A DNA stretch of 46,156 nucleotides, counting the filler, from Basidiobolus ranarum (lineage: Eukaryota): NCBI GenBank assembly GCA_040143965.1. It is 14 parts of 14 records of this genome, joined end to end, with 100 filler letters (N's around TTAATTAATTAA, not from the genome) between each part and the next. Parts side by side here need not be neighbours in the genome. Positions count along the whole stretch, not along the records: positions 14,313 to 46,156 come from JASJQH010006962.1; 13 more parts are not named here. One strand, written 5' to 3'. Within the stretch, counting starts at the first letter, position 1; every line of letters starts with the position of its first letter. The position numbers and the translations under genes were made by a program. Under the pieces are notes generated by a model. The model was not told where the DNA came from. It ran no database searches and worked only from the letters and a program-made list of their open reading frames with translations. Of this stretch, positions 23,037 to 34,673 are shown in pieces.

Positions 23037-25227
23037 ATGGCCGCTAAAGCAAGTACACTCTCTGGTCTTGACTCTGCTACTTTGGCTGCTCTCTCAAAAA
23101 CCCCTAGTGTACCCACTTTCACTGAGACTCGTCTCTATGTTCGCACCATTCCCGTCACTGCCACGTTAGACGATTTGAAGTCTATGTTCAAGACTACACC
23201 CCCTAAAAGGTAAAGTTTACTGACGTACACATTGTCCAACCTGACTATTTTTACTTACTAGTCATCTCATCTAGTTTCCGTGTGGCTCATTCCAATTCTC
23301 TGGTTGGTTGTATGCTAGAATTCTTCAACCCTTTGGATGGTATGTTTTGGTTTTGATTTTTAACCTAGAAATCTCGATAGTTAATCGAATGTCTTCGTTT
23401 TTTGGATCAATGCAAACTATAGCCGAGAGAGCTTTCGCCACCATGAACAACACATACATGAAAGCTCACAAAGGTCTCATGGGCCTTACATATTTCGACC
23501 CCAGCTCTGGCAAGATCGAACAGGAGCCACCTTGTCAAACCATCATGGTTAAGCATGTTGCACCTGAGGCTGATGAGGCCTCTATATATAATATGTTTCG
23601 TGAGATTGGACACATTTACCTTTGCAAACTTGGAATGGATGAAAATGGTACATTCCGTGGATTTGGCTTGATCCAATACTGGAATCCAGATGATACCAAC
23701 ACTGCTTACGAGAATATGGTGAGTTCGTCATTTTTCTTGTCTACATTTCAACTGTATCTTTAACATTGGTAATGTTAGAATGGAGCTGAATATAAAGGTT
23801 GTTCTATGTACGTATGGTCTTCCTAATTCCACACCCATCGAGCATTTATTAATTGTATTGCTTACAATAGCACCTTAACTCAGTACGTCCCTCGCGACAA
23901 GAAGACCGGTAAGACCCCAACCAGCTCCTTGAAAGTGGGATCTCTTGGTGGCAGTATGCGTGGTCGTCCAGGCCTTTCCTTTGACCTTTTTACTCCTCCT
24001 AGCCAAAATGGCAACAAGGACATGGGCTCTCAAGCCTCTGAATACGCTGTATCGGATTCCAATGCATTGAATGGCCACAGCAATGGTTCTAGCCAATATC
24101 AAAATGACACTTCCGATACCAGCGATATCAAGAATTCTGGTCTCGATCCATGCAACCTTTATATCAAGAATCTTGATCCATCGATTAAAAGTTCGGATCT
24201 TTTCTATGAATTCCATAATTTCGGACATATCATCAGTGCTCGTGTGATGATGGATGAGAGTACTTTCAAATCTAAAGGATTTGGCTTTGTTAGTTTCCGC
24301 AACTCTGAAGATGCTGCCAGAGCAATGTTCGAGATGGACGGACGCTCTATTCGCTCTAAACCCATCACTGTATGTATCGCTGAACCTAAGAAGATTCGTG
24401 AGGCTCGTTTGGCTGCCACTTTTGGTAGTGATTCTTCCACTGGTAAAGTTAATGATGGTGAAGGTGGTGGCTTCATTGGCAATGAGGTTCAACTTAGCCC
24501 AACTCTTCTCTCTACATTGACAGTTGAAACTAGAAATGGTATTCTCAGCTCTCGATTGACTTCTCAATTGAAAAAGATCAATTCCATTCAAGAGCAAGAT
24601 TACTCTAAAATCATTGATGCGTTGCTTACTCTTAAGATTGATGATGTTATTCTGTTGATCTCTTATCCTAAGGCTTTGGAAGAGAAAGCCACCGAGGTTC
24701 GCATGAAACTATCCAACGGCTCTTGGAACTCCAATCAAACAGATTTGGTAGAAAATATTGGACCAGATGCCGAGAAACAAAAGATCCGTCAATTAGTCGC
24801 CTCGATTCAAAAAGAACAAATCACAGAAATATCGAATCTATTACTTGGATTACCTCCCTTTGAGCGTGCCCAAGTGATCTTTAACTCAGATTATCTTTCA
24901 CAAAAGGTTATGGAAGCCAAGAAAGTCTTAGATTTGGTTCAAACTGGTAGTGCCGGTACCACTACTTCCACCACTATTCCTACAACCGATACCAAATTCC
25001 CACTCTCTCCTGAAAATGAAGCGTTCTTATCGGAATTAAGTGGTAAAGCAGAATCAGAACGTAAACAAAAATTAGGCTCCAAACTCTTCCCAATTGTTAA
25101 AAGTTTGGGAATTCCTGAACCATCGAAGGTGACCGTTCGATTATTGGACTCAGTTGAAACGCGTGAATTGATTTATCTCCTTAACGAACCCAACAAGTTG
25201 AACTCCAAGATTAATTTATTCAAGTGA
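23037..25227 (+). CDS. rrm4: Rrm4-like mRNA transport protein (3 RRM + MLLE/PABC domains), 5 exons
   Basis: RRM1 RLYVRTIP; RRM2 FRGFGLIQY; RRM3 DPCNLYIKNLD...SKGFGFVSF; C-terminal RKQKLGSKLFPIVK..G...KVTVRLLDS; architecture of Ustilago Rrm4. Confidence 0.8.
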
Positions 25228-26136
25228 AATAGGAAATACATTTTCATTTTCATTTTCAGCTTTAGTTTCCCCTTCCCTTTCGCTTTCACTTTCTTCTAAC
25301 TTATTGGATTATATATTCGTTTTCAGTTATGTTTGTTTAGTGATGAATTTATCATGGATGAGATGAAGAGAACCTTTTCAAATGAATATTTGCTTCTCTC
25401 TTCAGTCGTTCAATCCCCCCCTTTAAACATTCATTTTCGAAAATCACTTCTTGGACACTTCATTAAATTCAAAATTCTCCGGAAATAGCAATGGAATGGG
25501 AATATGAATAGAAATTATTCAATGGGATGGAGAATATATGGTTTCAAAAGATCAAGATATGATGAGTAAATTCTAAAATCTATGAAATGACACTATATAA
25601 AGCATTAACCAATTGAATATTTCTTCTCTCCATATCAAATCCTTATAAAAGGAGGAGAGGGATATATACATTAGAGGATGTCAGGTGATTTACATAGCAG
25701 AATACATTTTGCTTTCCCAACAGTGGACTAGTAAGAATTATTAATCTGTAGATAAATAAAAATAGTGAGTGTATCAATACGTGTGTTAAGGAATGGATAG
25801 GTCGGTAGTTATTGCATTTGCTTTGGTTTTGGCCGTTACCATTGCTGTTGCTTTTGGATAAAGAATAGTGAGCATGATTGTGCTGTTGAGTTTCGTTTAG
25901 CGTATTCTCTTAATAGGTTTGATGTCGTTTTTCTTCCTCTTATTTCTCCTCAATAGGAAGATATCACTTACTAGTAAAGTTAGAGGATGGTAAGGAGAGG
26001 GAAGGGAAGGGAGGAGAGAAGAAAGTTAAAAACAAATTAAGAATTTAACAGTGTAAGCATTTAGGGTTAGGGTTCGGTATTAGCATCAAAAAAGTATTTG
26101 AATGAAACCCACTTCTGAAGGTTCAAAATGACTTGC

Positions 26137-29100
26137 TTATATTCTTCCATCTAATCCTTGATTAGATTTGAGGCTATAAGTTTTCGCAACTGATATAAGT
26201 AAGGGCATATCGGACTCTTTAAGACTACGTGTCCATAATGTTAATAAATATCATGACTTAGATGGTGGAGATTAGAGTGTTCTTACTTGACAATCGCACC
26301 AAGGGCCTTGTGATCAAATGTTCGATCCATTTCTTGACTATCCAAAAATTCGGCTATCACACGACTTTTCAAGTATAGCTCTTGTAGCATATCTTCAAAA
26401 TATCTAGCACACTATCATTAAGAGATGGTTAGAATGAAAACAATCTACATATCATAGTGAAGGACATACTGATTCAGCTGGAATTCCAAGACGAAATAAG
26501 TGTTGCATTTGGCTAAGTGTTTGACGAACAAAATCAGATGGTAATACACGCTGAATGGTAACCCCCTTTTTGGGTGGGAAATTCTCTTCAAAGCCTGAAT
26601 CAAATAACTCGGGCTTCGGTGTATAGTCAACAATGTTACATTGCCTATTGGAGACGTTCAGTTAGCGTTGAACTTTAAGAAAAAAACCATAGATCAACTC
26701 TTACCAAGTGTTGGTGTCGGCAATGATACAGCTTGATTGGGAAACAGGCCCATCAACGTGGTACTGCGAATACAGTATCAATATCAATACAAAGTCTATG
26801 AACTCGCCACTAAAAATTCAAATGTTACCTGAACGGAATCCTTTAAATCATTTTCTAGCTCATCTAGAAAATCGAATCTTGCAAGTCCCATCAACACGAA
26901 ATCCGACATATACTTTGAACAATAGCCAACCATCATTGACCGACCGAAACTTTTTGCAAACAAACGATCTGGCCGCGTCTCTGAACACTCCTGAACTACT
27001 GTCGTTGCAATTCCAATACCAGGAATTTGAGTAATCATCTGTGATTCAACCATAGGAATTTCAACGAAACCTTCTGGTTTCAACGAAAATTCATCACCAA
27101 CAGACTCGCCCACCACTGAATCAGCTAAACTTTTATGCCCAAACTCATGGTACACTCCTATGTCACGAGTAGAACTCCGTTTCATTCCATTAAACGATGT
27201 TGGAATGTTAAAGGCTTCACTTTCCAACAAGCCACTTCTTTCAGAACTGGTCTCATTGAGCAATTGCTCGGTTACCTGGCTAATCTTATGTGTACTATCA
27301 GTTATCGGTAGACTCGTGGTCTTTTCGAACTTTACATCGAATTTAGAAGGATTATCAGGTATACGCTGAGTAGGTGACGAAGAAAGGGGTTTCGAGTAGA
27401 GTTGATTCTGTGTCTCCTGAGTGCCTCTCGTATAAGTTCCATGATTATATCCCTTTAATTCACTCTCCTTTAGTGTTGTCAAATGCAGCTGTTGGTTCAC
27501 TCCATACAAGAGTGAGTTGGGACTTTCTCGAGGAATCGAAGAGCTGTCAGATTGTGAATCATAATCGTCAATCGCCAACTCCTCTACGTTTTCAAATACC
27601 TCATTACATCTTAGCAAATAACTTAGAATGTAAAGTATACGCTTTACAAAGGGGGCACTAGTTCCCACAACGATCACTCGGCAAAGTCTTGATGGACTTC
27701 CGGTATTACCATATAGATCACTAATGATAACCAAGATTATTTTAGCTGATTTGCAACTAGTTAACCAAGTAAACCACTCGAATAGATACCTATACTGTGC
27801 CCAGAGAGGGTTATACGATAGGCCAGCGTTATCAAATATTGAGTTCTAGTAAAAACATAAAAGTCGTCTAAATAAAATTATCATGACAATGTAAATAGCA
27901 CTGTAGCCAGCTAACCGCTTCAGAGTTTCTAGAATCATTTAAGCCAGGGGGCGTTACGGTTGGTACCCAGGAAAGATGATTCGTCAGTACAGCTGTGAAT
28001 AAGGTGGAGATAAAGCTAGTGTAAACCGTTAAAGATCAATAAAAAGTCAGATTTGCTAGTGTACAACATCAACTAGAAAAAGGATACTGGTTGGATTTGG
28101 GCGTATCGAATTTGTTCAGCATATCTGTCAATTCCGTAATGAATGATTGATAGTATGATATCCGGTTGTGGGGAAAGGTGTGAAGATTTAACCAGAGAGG
28201 AATCTATATGAAGCTGCATTAGACTGTGCTCAACTTCACTCGTACCGTCCCTAGTCATCACTCACCTGAAGTCTAGGGGTTTGATAAAGATCGCAAATAT
28301 CTTGTACAAATTTGGATACAGCTTCCTTCAGTACATTTTCTGTCTGTAAACTATAAGGAGGCAAGGATGACAAAGTCGTCCCGTTTTTATGTGGATACAT
28401 CTAGATTGTAAGAACATCGTCAGATAATTGTTAATTCCTTCTTCCTATCTATGAGAAAGCGAAACGACGATGAACGCACCGAATTCTGAGGATTCATCTG
28501 AGCTTTCATCAGGTGCCTTCGGAGTAACGGACATAAAAGGCTCATGACAACATCATGTAGCTTATGTAGTCGAGCCTCCAAGAGAGAAAAATGAGAAAAA
28601 AGATACTCCCTCAGAGATTTGTTGTCTTCAAGAGAAATCACAACACCAATGGAATACATTATAGAGCGAGAGCTATGCTTCAAAACACTCTGTATACAAA
28701 AGTTAGCGCTCTTCGAAACACAAATGCAACGTAAATATCATGGTGGCGATATTTCATTCCAATTTAACTACCGGAATTATGTAAATTCAATATTTACCGA
28801 TGTACCAAAGTATGGCTTTCCAGGTAAAGGAGTTGGGTTAAATACACCATTCTCTATACTCGTTTGACTAGACCTCCACAATCGTCTATCTTTGTACGAG
28901 CTAAATGACGAACTGAGACTCTGGTTTGAGGCGTCTCGACAACTCCTAGCAGTAGGGATACCAGTTGGGTAAGCTCCAACCGTATGGTCTTCTTCACTAT
29001 TGTTTTCATCAACAGAGAAGATACTCGAAGAGACGCTACCATGACGCGAGCGGTCTTCACCAGCTTTGTTTATTTCATTGCTAGCAGCGTTTCTATGCGT

Positions 29101-29947
29101 TGGATTGTTATTCCAGTGGTCATTACCAGTAGTAGCCCATGACTCAGTCGAGACGTCACTGCACTCAGAAGCAATGGACATAGATCGACGCGATTTTCCT
29201 GATAATAGCTCCAAATCACCCATGTTAATGGAAAACAGTTTGGTCAATAAAATCTGTGGCTTTGCTCCTTTAATATGGTGTATTTTTGTTGTCATTCCTT
29301 TGTAGGACAGAGGGACTGCTCCAAACATCATTTCACCTATTATATCCAGATTGTAACCTAGCTACAAACAAGAATGCGCAAGAAGGAAATATCAATAAGA
29401 TTATCGTACAACACAATCTTGATCATATATATATGTACCTTTCTGTGAGAAGGTATAGAGGGACCGCATCCAGATGAAGGTGAAATGTTATTGAGAGAGT
29501 TCCTTTTTGACCGTGGTCGACTTGAAAAAAGTCCCCCCTCAGACCAGGAAGAGCCTAGAATACTTCGTGTAGAGGAGACGCTAGGTACAGGCTGAGCCAC
29601 AAGCTCCTCGCGAGATAGGTTAGTATCTAACAGAGGTATTTTTCGTTTATCTCCGCTATCCTGACAGACCAGAACTCGAATTTGGTGAGGCTCAAATGGT
29701 ATTGGAGTCCAGCTTTTCGTAGTGTCGTAGAAAATACATTTCAGAATATAAGAGATGCGCGAGAAAACAAGACGGAAAAAAACGAAGAATTAGTGATTTG
29801 AGAAGTAAAACTCAATTGGAATTTTATTGCACGAAATTCAATGTCAAGTATTGAATTCGTAAAGTACCTCGTCGGTTCTAACAATTCATCAACGTTCTTT
29901 TCTTCCGATTGTTTGAGGGAGTGCGTTCGAAATAATTTCTGTAACAT
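26137..29947 (-). CDS. FNIP: Folliculin-interacting protein (FNIP/Lst4-like), multi-exon
   Basis: [89 protein letters not shown]. Exon borders only partly resolved. Confidence 0.88.
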
Positions 29948-31087
29948 GTCTAGATTTTTATTCCTCTGTCTAACAGTACGAATCCATAAACCAGTCTACC
30001 AAAACACGAGTGATGGAGTTATTTTGTGAATAAAAAGAAGAAAATTATATCTAAAGAAATAGGAGATAGAGCAGAAACTTAATAAGAATATTAAAACAGT
30101 GAGAAATATTAAAACAAAGAGAATAAATGAGCTACAGTAGAGTATAATATGGCCCTTAACTTCCAACTAAACTCAATGTAAACTGTGAAGGAAGAATAAG
30201 TTCGCGAAAGTAGGAAGGGGAGACAAAGAGGATCCACGAGATGGTTATACTAGCACAGATCCTTGTTATCAATCAGGGAAAATCAATGGATCAAATCAAA
30301 TAAAGTATAGTTGAAAATTTTCAGGTTTCTACTCTAGATATCATGTAAATCTGGCGACATATTCCGAGATATGCATTTATACAGGTAACTGTACCCATAC
30401 CAATTAAAACTAATCAAGACTAGGTGAAGAAAAGTAACTACATGGACACGCATACGCACTCATCCCCACCCCACCAGATGCATGGTCTTTATTTAATGTT
30501 ATTGAAAATGGCAGATGCTTGGTGAAACGCAACATGAAGTGTTCGATAATGTCAGCAGAGCTAATACTACTGCCTAATGCGCACATCCAAGTTGCATAGG
30601 ATTGTTATCATAAGCGCTCCTTGATCCACCTACGATATTATTTGAAAGGAATTTCGGTAATATAGACAGATTTCGGTATTATTCAGTTGGAATGTGTGCG
30701 TTGACCATATACAATGTAACAGTAACAATTATCTATGCAATTATCTCTAAACCTCTCTATATTTAGCTAACCAATTCCACCTATTCCGCCAACTTAACCA
30801 TAACAAGTTAATATTAGATAGCAAACTTGTTCCAGAGATTGGGACGGGCTATTATTAGGGTTAGGGCTGCTCTGATCCTATCATCAAAATGTACCAACAA
30901 ACACTAGCCTAGAATGACTATGCATGCCTCAGCAAATGATATGTTCTTCAACTACTATGGACAGGTTTCACCATTAGAGACAAGCTTCACCATTAGAAAC
31001 AAGCTTCACATGGCCTTATCTCATCAATCATATATACAATTCGAGTTCAGCGTGTCATAATCATATGAAAGGTGTTCTCTAAAGAAT

Positions 31088-31109
31088 TTAGGGTTAGGGT
31101 TAGGGTTAG
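31088..31109 (+). repeat. Interstitial (TTAGGG)3TTAG tract
   Basis: Directly visible; shorter tracts at ~26061 and ~30855. Confidence 0.8.
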
Positions 31110-31252
31110 ACTTCTCTACAGAATTAATGCTATACATGTTTACTGACATTTGTTGAATATGAATGCACCTTTATAGAAAGCGGTTCTCAAATAAAAAGAT
31201 AGTTTACTCTGTAATAAAGTATGAGACGGTAAAGCAGAATCCGTAAACGCTT

Positions 31253-31526
31253 CTAAGGTCTACGTTCAAAATATGAGGATAAGCTCAGTAAAAGTACTGT
31301 CTGGTCAAATAGCCATTCCCCTACGTCTAACACTTTGACTACTACATTGCGAACATCTCGATTTTCTATTTTATGAACTACTAACCTAAATGACTAATTA
31401 TAATCTAGAATTGAAAAACAAGAAATAAATATATACTTACGTTAGCCCTGTAGTCCTCTTGATACTTGCTAACAACGCACTTATCAAAATGGCATCAGCG
31501 GTATAGTGAATGAGCTTTCCAAACAT
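31253..31526 (-). CDS. DUF1748 family 72-aa microprotein (yeast YPR010C-A-like). Exons 31526..31441 and 31385..31253
   Basis: Spliced product MFGKLIHYTADAILISALLASIKRTTGLTLVVHKIENRDVRNVVVKVLDVGEWLFDQTVLLLSLSSYFERRP; 55-nt GTAAGT..TAG intron; absent from the ORF track. Confidence 0.88.
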
Positions 31527-32257
31527 ATACAGTATGAAGGCAAAAACTTATATTGGGTCGGAGTACTAGTGTTTATATACACTGAAGGTAAAAAGTTATA
31601 TTATTGAAGATTTGGCTTTAAGTATTACCCTACCCCAACGTTAATCGTACAGTGGATGAAGAAAAAGGGGGACTGTCTTGTTGGCTGGGTGATCAAATGA
31701 CTGAATGCAAAGAATCAGCCTGATTGCCATTGATTGATACCGTCTCTACCATTTCCCCTCAAGATAATCACAGTCATGTTACTTGACAGAAAATGGTTGT
31801 ACAAGACCAGCCTCCAATGTAGTATATCGATTTAGATATTACGTTCTCTATCAAAAGCACCATGTTTCTGATTTTATGCTGAAGCAATTTGCTGAGTTCC
31901 ATCGTGCATCTCTCCTACTTTCCTCATGTTAGTACTACTCTCAGTAGCTACCAACTAAAAACCGCTTTGTCAAAACAACCACTCTATTCATCATTTTTGA
32001 AATTCGAACAGATACTTTCCTCTTTCAACATATATACTTACAAATATTCATTAGCCCTAAGGTTGTTGAATCCCTATATAATAGGTATTTATAGAAAACA
32101 ATATACATAACGGCCTTTCCATGTTTTCTCATGCTCTTGGCAGCCAAATTTTATACTTCTACTTAGAAGAATAATTTAATAACACTGAAGGCTATTCTCG
32201 ATTGTTTTATTTGACCTCGTATCAGTCTATATTTTCTTCTCGTCTCTTAGCTTTATA

Positions 32258-33857
32258 ATGACTTCTAAAGTGGACAACTTAGCCTTTGAGAAAACTTTTA
32301 ATTCAAATGGTAATTTCCGCGAATCTCAGCTCGTTCTAGGACAGCGTTACGCAGTGCTTCATAAGATCGGGGAAGGTACTTTTTCGCAAGTACTGTTAGC
32401 TAGAGATTTAGCACATCCAAAGAAACGTCTAGTCGCCTTGAAAGTACTCCCTAATAAATACAGTCGACAAGCACTCACGGTAAATATACTTTCTGTACGG
32501 AATAATTATTAAAAAGTATTATGTTGATAGAGGCTCTCGCTAAACTTGTTATATTGATTCTTCTTCATAACCACTTAATTGTAATAGGAAGTTATTCGCC
32601 TTCGTCAGTTAAGCATATTCAATGGTGAGAAGAATTTCCAAATAGTGCAAATATTTGATACGTTCAATTTCGGCTCTTTCATTTGTATTGTGCTCGAATG
32701 GTTGTCTGGAGGTCCTATAAATATTTCACACGTTGAGGAGTTGAATACAACGAATTCCTCACATACACCACGTGAACTAGAACTTCGCCGACTTCCTGTC
32801 ACTCGTCGTATCACCTGTCAACTCGTCACTACACTTCTTTTGCTCTCGAAGGTTGGAGTGTTACATGCCGACCTCAAGCCTGACAATATACTGTATACTC
32901 AAGGTTGACCATGACCATCACTCTATCTATTTATATTCGACTAACAATTGGGTTTATAGCTGATTCTCTCGATCTCAAAGTACTAGACTTTGGAAATTCA
33001 ATTGGGACTGGCGAGTTATCAGGCTATTACGATACCTATAACGTTCAAACCTTAAATTATAGAGCACCTGAGGTAATAGACACATAATCCACTTCTATCA
33101 GAGTGTATATATATGAACGAGTTTTGTGAATTTATTAGGTGCTATTTGGAGTTCCTTTCGGTTTGCCAATTGATATGTGGTCTCTGGGTAAGAGTTTCTC
33201 TTTCTATGTTGGGACATGGGTCTCACTAACCCCGGTTTACTTTCATCAGGTTGTATTCTATGTGAAACTTGGATGGGACATTCTCTTTTTGCAAGTATAA
33301 CTCGCACAGAAATCATGGGGGAGATGTCACGACTACTTGGTAAATTCCCCAAGAAAGTATTCAAAAACGGCAAGTATTGTCAAGAACAATTCCTTGAATC
33401 CTCAAATGACGATGAAGACGCCAAAACACACACCACTCAAAGGTTGTTAAATAGTTAGTATATTAGTAACTTTATTAGAAAATCCATTAAAGTCTTCATC
33501 CTTAGCATGGCGAATCTTCTTAAAACCACGGATGTAAACTTCTTGGATTTCATCTCTAGTTTACTGTTGTACGATCCCTCTAAACGTCTGACCCCTGGCA
33601 TGGCTATTCACCACCCTTTCATCGCTGATATGTTTCCTTTGGACTTTCTCTCTGACAAACTATACCCTTTTTTGATCCCTCTCAACACTGAAACGCGTCT
33701 ATCTCGCCGAAGTACCCCTGGATTAAGTCAAGGACTACTAGAAGGAAATCCATCCACCAGAATCGCTAGCAGAAAACGCACTACTAATCCAGATCTATAT
33801 GAATCATGTGATCAGGTACAAAGCAAAAGATATCAAATGCATCGAAGCGGTGAATAG
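32258..33857 (+). CDS. CMGC Ser/Thr kinase (DYRK/HIPK-like), ~6 exons
   Basis: GEGTFSQV, VALK, HADLKPDNIL, DFG, VQTLNYRAPE, IDMWSLGC, LLYDPSKRLTP. Confidence 0.9.
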
Positions 33858-34673
33858 GGAAAGCGGTGAATAGGGAAGATTCTCATCGGTGTAAATGCGT
33901 CCATATCCCCCCAATCTAGGCTTAGGGAACAAGCTGAGGCCTCAATCAACTGCGTCTGTAAGTTAAATGATTGGAAGCAATTCCTAAAAACCCATAAGCT
34001 CATTGAATTATTGCAGATAGCGTATAAATTTTAGCACCATTTCATTTTTTCTTTCCAAGAGAATTCCTGGTTAACTTTTCAGTTATCAATGGGTATTTGA
34101 TAACAGTGAAATTTGAACCCGCCTCCTCCTCTAGAAAGAAGTTTTTGTATTTTAAATTCGATTGCATCTAAGATCATGGATAAATTTAATAAACACTTAC
34201 CTCACTAAACACTTCCCTCACTAAATACCTAAATACTCAGCACCCTCATTATTTCTATCTTTCCTTGATTCCTCACTTGAATCCATGTTGAGGAACCATA
34301 TGTTTCACTTAGGTAACCCATAACCCATCTAGCTGAGATATTCAAGATTAATTAGACTAAATGGTATATGTGAGTCAAACTCTAAAATCGGGTAACTTTT
34401 TAGATTCGATGGGAAAGGCTCTTCTTGATTGATACCCCTTCCGACCGATATGGTATTCACGGTACTCCAGTGTTCATCGAAAAATCTCCTTTTATGAATG
34501 CAAATTTCCAACATTCAATAAAGGATAATTTTGAATGCATATTGAAAAGCATCCATAGGTGTGACTATATACGATTTAAACTGATGTGCACATATACTTA
34601 ATAAAGTAGGGATCTGGAACGGAACACACCAAAAGTAAGCCTGCAGGGATCAAGGGTACTCATGTGACTGGCA

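Noticed and set aside
14313-25227. Functional cluster of chitinases with rrm4 (Ustilago Cts1 export depends on Rrm4)
   Set aside because: These chitinases have ordinary signal peptides and unrelated genes intervene; proximity is probably chance.
31088-31109. True telomere or chromosome-fusion point
   Set aside because: Only ~3.5 units, single orientation, within gene-dense sequence.
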